Shown here: in pieces, positions 52,501 to 64,000 of the stretch
Layout of the letters: every line of letters begins with the position of its first letter
Numbering within the stretch: position 1 is the stretch's first letter
Source: Leidyana gryllorum EB-2025a
Lineage: Eukaryota > Protista > Apicomplexa
Reading direction: 5' to 3'
NCBI GenBank assembly: GCA_048772705.1
Contig: JBLWGC010000082.1
Coordinates: 186,001 to 250,000 of the forward strand
DNA: 64,000 bases
Notes under the pieces: model-generated
Seen by the model: only the letters and a program-made list of their open reading frames with translations
Database searches by the model: none
Told to the model about the DNA's origin: nothing
Translations under genes and position numbers: made by a program

Positions 52501-55500
52501 ACCGCTTTAGGCGGCGGCTGTTCTTGAGCACACACTATCGTTTCCTGCCGTGCGTGCGACGCTTCCGTGTAAGCCATCGACGGATCGGCATAGAACTGTT
52601 GTGGCGGAGGGGGCGGTGGTGGCTGCGCTTTCAGCTGCAGCTGCTGCTGTACGTCCGCGTGCTGCGGCGAAGGACGTTGCGGTGGCGGCTGTTGGGCAAA
52701 CTGAGCCGGCGGTGGCGGCTGCTGAGGCTGTTGTTGCTCGCGGTGGTTCACCATGTAGACTTGGAGTTGCGGTGGCATTATGGGGTGCGGGAAGAAGGGG
52801 GGTTGGCCGCTCTGATGCCTGGAGGGAGGCTGATAAGCCGCATACATTTGCGATATTGGATAGTCCTCCCAGGCTTTCTTGTGAATGCTCCATTTGGGAG
52901 GTGGCGGAAACTGTTTGACGTGCGGCGGCTCAGCGGTGGGGAGATACATCAAAGGATTGCGACTCTGCTGCATCCGTAGACTGTGGCGTGCGATATTGAT
53001 AAACGACTCCTCGTCCAACTCCAGGACATAGGGTCCTTTGGGATTCGAGGGCTCCTGAGTGTGCCTCAGAGCAGCGATAGTGATGAATCTGTAGTATGCC
53101 ACTGTGTCCAATAATTCTGGTTTGCACAGAAACTCCCCTTGGCACGTCTTATCGATCCCAATGTCAAACACCGGAATCGGCTCATTGTTCGCTTTGGCGC
53201 GGCTCGCCCGTAGAGCCGCCTCATTGATCAGCTTCAGACGGCCATAACTCCTCAGTAACACAATGGCAATGTGAACTGCCTTCTTGAATGCACTTCCGCT
53301 ACGCAAAGCCTCCACGTCTTCAACCATTGCTTCCGCTTCGTCACGCACACTCAGTGGAACCGTCTTATCCTCCCACATAAGCTTCTGAATCTCCGGCTCG
53401 GGAAACTCTGTGTCCGAGTGCGGCTCTATCGGGTGGTACCCTGGCGGAAGGGACACCTGGGACGCTGTCCAGGAAGCCACAGAAGGGGACACTGACGGCG
53501 GACCGGGCGGGTACATCCCAGCGGGCGCAACCTGCCCGCCGCCATAACCCTCCGTACACGCCTCGCCGGCATCAGCTGCCGGGGGAAACTCAGTCCACAA
53601 CGCTGCGGACTCCGCTGACGTTATCCCGACGACCGGCCACTGCCCATTCTGCTCGACGAAAGCGCTCTGGGCTCTGCACACCGACTATGAACTGCCCCTT
53701 CGTGCTGCAAACTTACTGCGGGTTGCCGGTCGGGACCTGGGGTTGTTGTGGTGGTCTCGGGTCCTGTTGCGTCGGTGGCGGCTGCTGCTGCTGATGCTGG
53801 GCGGCCTCAAAAGCTTCAACGTCCTTTAATCTGAAGATCAAACAGATCTCACCAACTGATCAGATCTTTTTCAATCCCACTTACAGATGTTCCAAAGCGG
53901 GCCGCTGACTCTCCAGACACAGCTCCAGACGGATCGCCGGGTCCACCATGTACTCCGCGCCGCTGAGTGTCCAAGTGTACAAACGGCGGAGGGCTCCGGC
54001 GGCTGCGTCGACTTCAAGGGGTGCCAGGGACTGTGGGAATATGGCTCGGACACATTGACTCCAGAGTGCGGTTGACTCGGAAGTCTTATCGCGGCCGCCC
54101 TGTGTGAGACACCAGATGAACATAGAGTAGTATTGGTACACTGTCATCTGGCCTGGCATCCCCGGGAAGGCTTCGGTTCCGATTTTGATGCCGAGGTGGG
54201 CGCAGCTATTGAAGAATTCCTGGCGTAGTCGGCCCATTGCACACTTATCGACCAGATTCTGGTAGTCTTCCGGGCGTTTGTACTCGAGTGTGGCGAGTGC
54301 GCGACATCGGAGAGGTAAGCACGGAATGATTGGTGATTTGGCAGCGATTACTTGGAGTATAAAGATGTTCATCGGGTACGTCGGACTCTCAACCAGCTGC
54401 CACGTCAAGGGAGGGTACGGGAACTCCTCGAGATTCTCCACATGAACCCACGACACACACTTGTCTGAGTTTTGGGAGTCTCTGGTTCGCCTCTGCCGCG
54501 TCTGTGTCATCGATCGTTGGGAGCGTAGCTGCGTGTTCGATTGGTTAAAGTTGTTGATGTTCAGAGCACACGAAAACTCGCCCGGGTAGGAGAACACGGG
54601 AAGCGGGATGGTGGAGTGTAAGTGCTCGTGCATTGAGTCCGGTCGACACACAGGAGCCACAGAACAAACAATGTACGGAGCATATTCACGGGGCACTGTA
54701 TGGTGTTGCATGGAGAGGAGGTCGACTTCCGTGAAGGGCGGTTGGGTACAGGCCATCGCGGGTAGGAATTCAGCATGCGCGCGGTAGTCTATGGGGTACT
54801 CTGTCGGATTGCTGCTGGACAGTTGCCGTCCAGACCCATACGGGTCCACAGTTCGATTTGACTGGGCGTTTTTGCCGATGGCGTGTCTGCGGCCCCCGTT
54901 GCCGCTCGAGTTGTTGCCACCCGAGTTTGCGTTTTGGGGGGCTCCGTAGATGGCGTCCAGATGCTCGTTGGTCACCATGCCAGGCTGATGAGGCCCAGCA
55001 GCAGCAGCGGTGTACCCATTGGAACCCATTGGTTGAGACGAAAGAGTTCCGGTTCCAGTGGGATACGATCCATTCATTGCGTACAGACCGGAAGAGTACA
55101 TATCGTTGTAGGCGCTCATATCACCGTACATCGAGACATTGGCAGAAGCTGTTGCAGCCGCAGGCGAGTAGGCAGTATTACTCACACTACCCGGGGCACT
55201 GCTGTGCGATGTGGCGCTATCGTATATGGTCGGGTCCCCATTCGAATACATTGACGAAGAATTCGGCTGGGATGGCATAGAGTAGGCGGAGTTGTCACCG
55301 AGATGCGACTGCTCTTCCAATACCGATAACGAGTCAATCGAGAAGGAGGCTGGCTGAGACATATAAAGCGAACAGTCTGCCGGCTCTAATTTGACAGTCG
55401 CAGACATCCCAGCAGGCGGCACTACAGCCTCCATCGCAATGTCCTCACTCGATAACGTGGTAGTAGTGGTCATCCGAGGACTGGCTGTCCCAACCATAGC

Positions 55501-55911
55501 CGCCGGCTTTGTGGGGGCAGTTACAGCTACAGGAGGCTCAGCTTCCGCTTTCCTTCTCATCTTAGTCGGAGGAGAGGCACATGACTCTGTCTGTATGGTT
55601 ACTCTGAGAGGCAGCTCACGACGCCCCTCTGTAGTTACGCCCAGTTGCAGTACAGCAGGCCACCCCTGCGAAGGTGTCCGCACCTTCAAAATACCATTCT
55701 CAATCACCGCCACAAGGTCGATCATCTTTGAGTCCGCCGTCAATTCACGGGTTCCCTGCGGCGTTAAGGTCATCAAGACAGCCGCCAGTTCGGTGCGATG
55801 CGCCGTCATAGCGTCGCGAATCTCTGCTGCTATTGTTAAGTCGCATGAATATTCTTTCAATGTCAGGTTGAACTCGTGGATCACTTCACGGCCCACAGCG
55901 TAAACTCGCAT
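49587..55911 (-). CDS. Very large (~2000 aa) Pro/Ser/Gln-rich protein of unknown function
   Basis: ORFs 53881-55911 and 49587-53681 join in frame through two GTAAG...CAG introns around a Gln/Pro-rich mini-exon. A further donor near 49676 leaves the true 3' end uncertain. Confidence 0.7.
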
Positions 55912-56010
55912 TCTCAGCTAATTTCCAACTAAACACCAAGAGTTCCTCACCTTTCAAGACTATTTTTTTCAAACACCCCTAACCCTACACCCCAAACTAG
56001 GGTTAACAGT

Positions 56011-56632
56011 ATGGCACTATCAATACGCCCAGCCGTCTGCGAAGACCTTTTCAGCATACAGAGATGCAATCTGGCCTGCCTCCCCGAGAACTATCAAGCG
56101 CAATTCTACTTCTTCCATCAACTATCCTGGCCAGCTTGCCTCTTTGCCGCTGAAGACTCCAATGCAGACATCGTTGGATATGTACTCAGCAAAATGTAAG
56201 TCCCAATCGTCGGAGATCACCCAAACATTCATCACACAGGGATGACGAATATACTGCTGGTGTCAAACCCAAGGGGCATATAACGAGTCTCGCTGTATTG
56301 CGATCACATAGACAGGCTGGCCTCGCCAGCGGTATCATGAAAGCTGCTCGTAAGTGCTAGAAGACTAAATGACGGACCCAACATACATTCGCCACCCATA
56401 GATGCCGCAATGCAAAGATCATATGACGGAGCTGGATCCAGTCTTCATGTGCGAGTGTCCAATCGAGCTGCATTCTCCTTGTACTGTGATGTTCTAAAGT
56501 ATTAGTAAGTCGAGAATGTCCTACACCCAATACAGATCTGCTCTACCCCACAGCGTCGCCCAAGTCGAAAGTAGCTACTATTCAGATGATGAAGATGCGT
56601 TTTCTATGCAAAAAGAATTCTTTCTCAAATGA
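56011..56632 (+). CDS. NAA10: N-terminal acetyltransferase A catalytic subunit Naa10/Ard1
   Basis: [59 protein letters not shown] and [11 protein letters not shown]. Three introns. TGA at 56630-56632. Confidence 0.95.
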
Positions 56633-57069
56633 TACCCTCTGCACCTGATAATGCTGAAACTAGGGCTCTGCAGGCCCGCCAAGATCGTACAGACTATCTC
56701 GGACATGTAGAAGCCTCCCTAGGCCGTGTCTTGGAGAGTACTGGCTCAATCATTGGGATGATTGGAGAAACCAATTATCAACGAATCATATTGGGGGAAG
56801 CAGCAGACACACAAGGCGAAGGCCAAGATGCTATGTGGGTTGGCGATCCAGCCAAAGACAGTGCAAAGCTACAAAATGAGATTGACGTCTTCCTAGAAGC
56901 TGTTGAAGGTGTATGTGCGAAATTGCACGAACAAATTGACAAGACCCCCGGACCCCGTCGCGTGCGCAGACCTGCATATCTGGATACACTCGCCTACGAA
57001 AACTTCAAAGAAGGCGTGGCCGTCCAGCGACGGATGCAAGCACGCCTGCGAGAAGTGTCTGAGCAGTAG
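56629..57069 (+). CDS. MED11: Mediator subunit Med11-like
   Basis: LGHVEASLGRVLESTG and LQNEIDVFLEAVEGVCAKLHEQI match the two Med11 helices. 146 aa, intronless. Confidence 0.6.
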   Translation: MIPSAPDNAETRALQARQDRTDYLGHVEASLGRVLESTGSIIGMIGETNYQRIILGEAADTQGEGQDAMWVGDPAKDSAKLQNEIDVFLEAVEGVCAKLHEQIDKTPGPRRVRRPAYLDTLAYENFKEGVAVQRRMQARLREVSEQ

Positions 57070-57112
57070 ACACACGTGTGCGTTTGTGTGTGTGGAGACA
57101 CCGGTACATGCT

Positions 57113-57688
57113 ATGGAGGTATTGAGCAGCCGAAACAATCATCCGGGGAGTTTTGTGAGAAGTTTGCGCAATCCATTCACCCCTGAGCACGCTAAAGACT
57201 ACTTCAGAAATCTTGGACAAGGTTTGAAGCTACTATGTGAAACCGCGCGCGCTGATCCTGCTGTAAGTTCATCGATTTGCCGGCGTGCTATACCCTTTTA
57301 GATCACTTTGGTACTCCTCATCCTTGCCATTATTTTCGCTGTCGTGGTTTGGCAAGGAATACAAGCCTCGATCGCCCATCTACATCAAGTGCGTATTGCT
57401 GCGCAGACGAAAAGTCAGAGCACAGACGGATCGGGACGCAAAGCCGCTCCCCGCCGAACAACACGAGCTACCGAACGGTAAGCAGTTCCTGGTGATGGTT
57501 TCGCACTCTTTTTCTGTAGTCGCGCGAAAACTGCTGACGATTCTCCCCCAAGGACTCGTTCGAGACCCACCCGCTCAAAATCGGGTTCTTTGGAGTCCGA
57601 GGTCGCTCCAAGTCCTCCGGAGCCAAGTACGGAGAAGACCCCAGCCAAAGCCAAGGCTAAGTCAAAAGCCCGAGCCAAGAGGGCGTGA
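57113..57688 (+). CDS. Small single-pass membrane protein with basic tail
   Basis: Two introns give ...ARADPA|ITLVLLILAIIFAVVVWQG...AKAKAKSKARAKRA*. Confidence 0.55.
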
Positions 57689-57779
57689 TGAAATATATCT
57701 ATGTGCATTCTCCACCTTTTGTTGCTGAAATGATTAGATGGTGCTTGTGATGAGAATTGAACAGCCACTTTTGTGAAGT

Positions 57780-60747
57780 ATGAATCCATCGACACCCTCA
57801 GGAGGTCAGGAGGGCAGTAGGCGTTTCCGGCGGAGAAACACAGGTGAGATCGGGGGTGTTGGCGTTGGGACGCAACTTGATCAGTGGACAACGTGAAACC
57901 CGTATGCACGGCTGTGGACACTGGTGTTAAGTCTGTAACGACTAAGAGTGGCGGAAGCATTGGGCATTTGTTCCGAGCTGTACGACATGTTCATCAACAA
58001 AGGGAGGCTTATCGATATGAGTTGAGTGTGGACAGGTTATCATTGCGAGTGCCGCGACCCAAGATGATTTGCTTGGAATGGCAGCGCGGTGAGTTGAGTT
58101 GGTGTGGTGTGGTGATATTGTGATCTATGGTTTGTAGGGCCAAACAAGGTATTATCCGAGCATTATCCGACATTGCACAAGAATGTGTGGCAATGCTCGT
58201 GGCCTGGAACACTTGAAATGAATGTTACTTTATTTACATCGGTGACATCGAAAGGGGAGAAGAAATATGCAACCAAGGAGACGACTATTCGTGTGAGGTT
58301 TTGCGAGAGCGTGTTATATGGTATGATTGCTCTTGACAGTTTCTTGATCAAGGTACTGCGAAAAGCAAGTCACCAGAACGGTTGGGGGAGGTTACGTTTG
58401 ACTTGTCTGAGGTGATATTAAGTAAAAAGCCGGTAGTGCAGGCGACATTACCCCTGACAAAATGCCTGGACCCCACTGTGAGACACGGTTGATTTGTGTC
58501 TGTGTATGGGACATGGTTATGTATTTATCAGGCACGTGTATCACTGAAGATCAGTGCGACGAAGCTGGACAATGACTGTGAGAGAGGGTTTATCGGTGGC
58601 GTGGGATGTCGGTTTCAGCTGCTGCAGGAGATGACATTACATGGTCGGGCGGAGAGGACGATCTCCGAACTGAGGACGAGACGATGGGTCGTATGACAAT
58701 CACCAACACGAACAACAATAATAATCGGATAAAGCCAGTGCCGAGTATGCCGATGATGGCAACGAGTCGTGGTCTGGATGACAGTGGTGGTCGTTTTGTT
58801 CAGAAGGAAAGTCAGCGGCCGTCGACAGACTCGTCGGGCGGCAAAGGAGGGGCTGTTGCAGTGGCGGGGTCCACAAAGTATTTGGAATCGCCTGCTTTAG
58901 CGGAGTTTCCTAATTCACCAAGTCAAGAACCATCGAGTGACGGAGCGAGGAGTCGATTGTCGCCGGGGTCTCGTACGGTCACTGAGCTACCGAAAGTACG
59001 GTTGGAGATTGAGCGGGCCCAACCCAAGTTGGGTGCGAGGTCCCTGACACCTGTGGCGCCAGGGATCTCGCGTAATGGTAGTTCCCAAGACATGCTATCT
59101 GCTCCTCCGACACAATTGGTGGGTGTAGCGTCTTTGGAGTGGTGCGAACTGAGGTGTTGGGTCGCAGGGATATGGACGTTCGACAACTGCCGCTGTCATC
59201 CCGCGTGATATTAACTCCGACCATTTCCCACAGACGCTTCCGTTATTGGGGGAGAGCTGTGGGTCGCGTGACTTACGAATTGACAACGGGCGGTTGCATC
59301 ATGTGTAAGAGAAACTGAAATTAATTTTCACTGCGAACCGCTCGCAGCCGCGAACGTTCCGATGGGTTTGATCGAATGGAAGCGGATCGCAGGAAACAGT
59401 CGGAAGCTTTATCCGATTTGACGGGACAATTAAGCGATAAAGAACGCCAGATCATTGAACGCGACAGAATGTTAATCGAGCGTGATCGCCAACTACTGGA
59501 AAAAGAGAAGCTGTTAGCCGATAAGGATAAACAGCTCGCCCAATCATTGAAACAAGTTGAGGAACTTCACGCTGCCCTGGAACGGCAGGCCGCCATGTTT
59601 GAGCTGGTGAGGTCGAAGCCGTCATCGGTCTTCTCGCACACCCTAATGATGCCTGCAGGACAAGGAGCGGTTGGTGTCTGAGTCTGTGGCTAAGCGGTCC
59701 TCGAACGCTGCGGGAGAGTCGGGCCGCGTGGCTCTGTTGGAGCGTCAATTGGCAGAAGTGAAGAAGGAATTGAGTCAAGCTCAGCATACTGATGTATCAA
59801 AGAAAGCGGCACACGACCGCTCCAAATTGACGGCGAAGATCCAGGAACTGCAAATGGAAAATCAAAATCTTCAAAGCCTTCTGGGACAACAGACAAGGGC
59901 GGGTGGTGAGCGTAAAGCCGTCAAGTAAGCCCTCCTATCTGATTAGAATCTCCACCACCTTCCTTCCTCAGAGACCGTTTAAGTTCGCCGACATCGCCGC
60001 ATCGTGCTTCCAGTGGGAGTTTGCCGCCCTCCAAGGGCGAATCTCGTAGCACAGACTCTTCCCCGCTGTCGCATCTCACTAGATCTGAACTCATATGCAA
60101 AGGTGAGACATTCCAATGGATGGTTCCCGCCAAATCCCGCCTTCAGTGCAACGATTGCAGCACGCATCAAGCAATGGAGGGGATACATCAGCGGTGGCCA
60201 TCGCCGATCTGGAAGAGCAGCTCGTTGATGTCAAAGTGAGGTTGGCGCAAGCAGAGACTGAAAAGGAGGAATTGGTAAGCCACCAAGCGATCCCGGCGTC
60301 CAGACAAACATTGTCCACAGATTGAGAAAGCCCGACGACGGATCGAAGCTTTGAAGACTACAACGACCGAATATGCTGCGATGGTTGATACTTTGGAGGT
60401 AAGAGGGAGACACACTCGCGTGCGTTTGCTCACTCTTCGCACTCGGTGTGGACACACAGAGGAAAGTGGCGGACTTGAAAGTGAAGTTGAGTGCGGCGGG
60501 AGGTAGTGATGGTGGCGCGGCTACTCCATCAGGAAGTAAAGAACGGGACAAGAAGAAATTACGACGCGCTAGCAGCGTCCAAAATGGGGAGCACGGCAAT
60601 GGCGCCATGAGCAAATGGAAAGGCGTGAAAACAACAACGGGGGTGAATGCGAAGAAGTTCCTGCGAGCTGCTTCTGCTACATTCACCGGCAGTGCCCAAC
60701 CCCATCATGGGGGCCCATCATCGGCAAAGGTGAAAAAGGAGGAGTAG
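57780..60747 (+). CDS. NT-type C2 (EEIG1/EHBP1) domain plus coiled-coil protein
   Basis: YELSVDRL...LEWQR|G, LEMNVTLF..KKYATKE, GEVTFDLSE, LPLTKC and VSLKIS form the NT-C2 pattern, followed by coiled-coil exons. Confidence 0.75.
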
Positions 60748-60758
60748 TGTTTTTGCGT

Positions 60759-62471
60759 ATGGGTTGCCTTGCAAAGTGGTCAAGTAAACTTCGGACGGGG
60801 AAAGCTCAGATGTGGGCTGTGGCCGTCATGGCCGGCACCGGGCCCGGATTCTATAACATTCTGTCAAGTGAGTAGCCACGTTTCTGCGTGTGTGCTGAGA
60901 CACACCCCCTACGCCCCACCATGTCGGCTGCTCGGCTAGCACAATTGAAATAGAGAAAGTGTGAGATATATTTGCTGTCATTTTAGGCTGGGCGGGATCG
61001 GACGGCCGGGTGTCGGAGGTTTCGAATGCGACCCTATATGCGGTATTTTCGTTGACAAGCTTCCTTGGTGGCCCTTTATGGTACATATTGAATACTAAGC
61101 GACTGGGGGTGTGGGGTCTGTGTTGTTATCCATTGTATGCGATTGGGCTGTACGCAGCGGATTACTGGAAGCAAGTATGGCTGGCGGTCATCTCCGGTAC
61201 TGTGAAATGAAGTGAATGTGTCGAACAACACTTCCTCCCGTTTAACAGGGCTTCTTCTGGGCGCGGGGGCTGGAGCGTTTTGGACGGCTCAGATGGTGAT
61301 TACTCTGGGCTACGCTCCAACTGCCCGGCGAGCCGAGTATGTGGCGTGGTCGTGGGCGGTGTTCAATGGTATTACTGTTCTTGGTGGTGTGGCAGTCTAC
61401 CTGAGTGCGGAGTATGGGGACGACATTTTTGACCAGGAGTATCTATGTTTAGCAATGGCGATGACCGCAACCGCCTGTTTCTCTTTCTTTGTCTTGTTGC
61501 CGTCCCACGAAGTCGCTATTGAGCCGGGACCCATCCCGATAGACTCAAGTTTTTCTGAACCCAGACGACATGACGATTCCACCAATGATCTAAAGCACTC
61601 CAATACTGGTCAATTGATCGCTGAGTTCCTCGCGGAAGAAGTCACCCTCGCTTTCAAAGTATTGAAGCTCCCGCAAATGCTGTTGATGACCCCTCTTTTC
61701 ATCGGAACTATCTGGTAAAGGCACACACATACACACACAGAGTAATCAAGACCCCAACCCAACGCCCCTCTCCCACCGCCTCTGTGGCAAGTTGTTGAAA
61801 CGTTTACGATCCGCAGGTACTATGTCTACAAGTTCAACTTTTTAGACAATCATCTGTTCACACCCCATTTTCATAGTCTTAACATGATCGTCTTCTGGAG
61901 TATGCAGATGGTCTCGGGATTACCTATGTGGTTACTGCTGGACAAAGCACGCTTGGATTTACGTAAACGTGCTGTCCTCGGAGTCCTGATGATCGCACTA
62001 CTCCAACTCTCAGACTGGGCGGCCTGTGTCCCTCTGCAGTACGGGTTCGATGGCGGAAGAGATAAAGATAGAGGCCAACCTAACCCCAAACTGGTCTTCG
62101 GCCACTCAAAGTCTGCCTATCCCATCACTGTACTCGCCTTCGGCGGCTTGGCCGATGGCGCTACACAAATATATGCTCAATGGTTCGTATCTGTCTTGTC
62201 ACAGGGCAACCTCAGACTAGCCGCTCGCTACGGCGGCTACTACAAGGCAATGCAATCAGCAGGTGCAGCCATAGCCTGGGGCATTGATCTCAGCGACGAT
62301 GTCACCTATCGTCTGCAAATGTGGATCAACATAGCACATTGCCTCCTGTCAATGCCACTAGCTCTCATTGCAGCCTTACACATGGGCAGACATGACGCCT
62401 ATGAAGGCGCATACAAAAGACCTTACAGCGAAGAAATGGATGTAATGCAACATCAACCTTTCTATCTCTAG
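60759..62471 (+). CDS. UNC-93-like MFS membrane protein
   Basis: GPGFYNILS, SNATLYAVF, LLGAGAGAFWTAQ, MLLMTPLF and ARYGGYYKAMQSAGAAIAW with many TM segments. Confidence 0.88.
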
Positions 62472-62932
62472 TTATAGATGATAAAGTATTCAGTGACTTA
62501 ATGTTCAGAAATGACCACTTTAGCATCTGACACCCCTAAACCGGACTTTACACCAGCATAAGTAATCGCGTGAGATTTCAAACGGTTCTCTGATTCGGAT
62601 GGGAATCGGGACTATTTTGCTTGCCATGCGCGCAAGTAAGAAGAGAGGATACATAGATTCATAACATGGATGTCATCAACACGCTGGCAGATTCAAAGGA
62701 CGGGAATACAAGGAATTTTGACTGTGACAAGAGATTGGGAATCACACTTGGGGAGAGGTAGGTGGAGAGGATCCGAGGACGACTGAAGAGAACCAACAGT
62801 GTCAGACAGAAGTATAGATGCGCTTCGTCTATCCGCTGTTGCAAACTGATACCAGACCGTCAGAGTTGAGAGTTTCAATGTCGACGAACTCCGAAAATCT
62901 TCATTGTTCGGTAATGATAGAGCCGCAGCAGA

Positions 62933-64000
62933 TCACACCAGCTCGAAGCTATTGAGCTGCTCAACTGCTGTGCGCACCTTCTGCCCAACAGCCTGCTGGT
63001 GACTCAAAGACAGGTTGCTAATAGTACTCAAAGCGCCGTCAAATCCGAGAGCCTCCACAGTTTTCTGGAGCTTGACAGCTTGGGGATCTTCCGGGTCTTT
63101 GTATAAGAGGGCGGCAGCGACACCTTGAATCAAATTTGAATGAGGTAAGTTCAACTCAATTGCGCCGCGAAGAGGCTTAATCAGACGGTCCTCCGGGGAA
63201 AGCTTTCTGATGGGCTCTCGACCGACACGAGTGACGTCGTCCACGATATGAGGGTTCGCATAACGTTTCAAGATCTTTTGGATGTAAGCTTCGTGGTCTG
63301 TGGGATTCAACCCGTAACGAGCTACCAGAACAGCACCGCTCTCCTGCATCGCACCCTCGACAACGGGGCGGATGCGATCGTCCAAAATAGCAGTCCGAAT
63401 CTCTTTGTGGCCATAGAGCTTGCCCAGGTAAGCACAAATTGCATGTCCAGTATTCACGGTCAGCAACTTCCGCTCAACGAAGGCGTCCAGCTTGTCAGTA
63501 AATATCATTTGGTCGATTTGAGGCAAGGGTCCTTTGAATTGCGTCTGGTCAACCACCCATTCACAAAAGTCTTCCACAGTGACTCCCAAGGGATCCTCCT
63601 CCTTGGCGGGTGGGACAATACGGTCAACAGCGCTGTCAACAAAACCAACGTTGGTGTTGGCCCATTCCTTTTCTTCGTCGTTGAGTTCGGCGAGCACGTA
63701 TTCGCGAAGCGTAGATGTTGCACGGATGGCGTTTTCGCAAGCTATAATGTTGATTGGAGTAGTCTTGCCCTTGTCCTTGCGTTCTTTGAGTCCTTTAGCA
63801 ATGGTTCCGGCAATCCGGGGAAGAATGCGCGGACCGACTGCAGTAGTAAGGATATCAGCGGCAACGATTTCGTCCAATACAGCATCCGTATTGCTTAAAA
63901 CAGCTCCTTCGATGTGAACAATGTCGATGTGCTCAGTGTCACCGACCACACGCACCGGGAACTGCTTGCGTCTTTGCAATTCCGTAATTAGCGGGGCCAC
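62933..64000 (-). CDS. mtlD: Mannitol-1-phosphate 5-dehydrogenase (5' end outside window)
   Basis: LTTAVGP, NIIACEN, FVDSAVDRIVP, VEDFCEW, ERKLLTVNTGHA, RYANP.IVDDVTRVGREPIRKL...DRLIKP. Confidence 0.95.
   Translation of the reverse strand: MAPLITELQRRKQFPVRVVGDTEHIDIVHIEGAVLSNTDAVLDEIVAADILTTAVGPRILPRIAGTIAKGLKERKDKGKTTPINIIACENAIRATSTLREYVLAELNDEEKEWANTNVGFVDSAVDRIVPPAKEEDPLGVTVEDFCEWVVDQTQFKGPLPQIDQMIFTDKLDAFVERKLLTVNTGHAICAYLGKLYGHKEIRTAILDDRIRPVVEGAMQESGAVLVARYGLNPTDHEAYIQKILKRYANPHIVDDVTRVGREPIRKLSPEDRLIKPLRGAIELNLPHSNLIQGVAAALLYKDPEDPQAVKLQKTVEALGFDGALSTISNLSLSHQQAVGQKVRTAVEQLNSFELV

Overview
Eukaryotic nuclear DNA from a very compact, GC-balanced protist genome. It holds about 30 spliced protein-coding genes with short canonical GT-AG introns, mostly about 40-60 nt. 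An NCS/EF-hand-PIP5K fusion, an actin ending in HRKCF, an S1/P1-type protein and mannitol-1-phosphate dehydrogenase point to an alveolate, most plausibly an apicomplexan such as a gregarine (inference, not verified). Housekeeping genes include RPAP2/Rtr1, N6AMT1, THOC5, SWC4, PRP46, BDP1, COG7, CTU1, RPL10, RPS17, SEC23, PIG-T, METTL16, NHP2, SHP1/p47, NAA10 and MED11. The most striking feature is operon-like packing: an ATGA stop/start overlap (NAA10-MED11), tandem gaps of 8 and 11 nt that both carry TTTTTGC, divergent start codons 13 and 24 nt apart or possibly sharing one CATG, and overlapping convergent CDS ends. Accessory genes of note are an MLO-like membrane protein with fused EF-hand-like domains, a WH2/polyproline protein, a divergent actin, two tandem secreted atypical kinases and a probably inactive S1/P1 pseudo-nuclease. 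No rRNA, tRNA, CRISPR array or transposon was recognised. All gene models were spliced by eye and family calls come from remembered motifs, not database searches. CDS coordinates span start to stop including introns.
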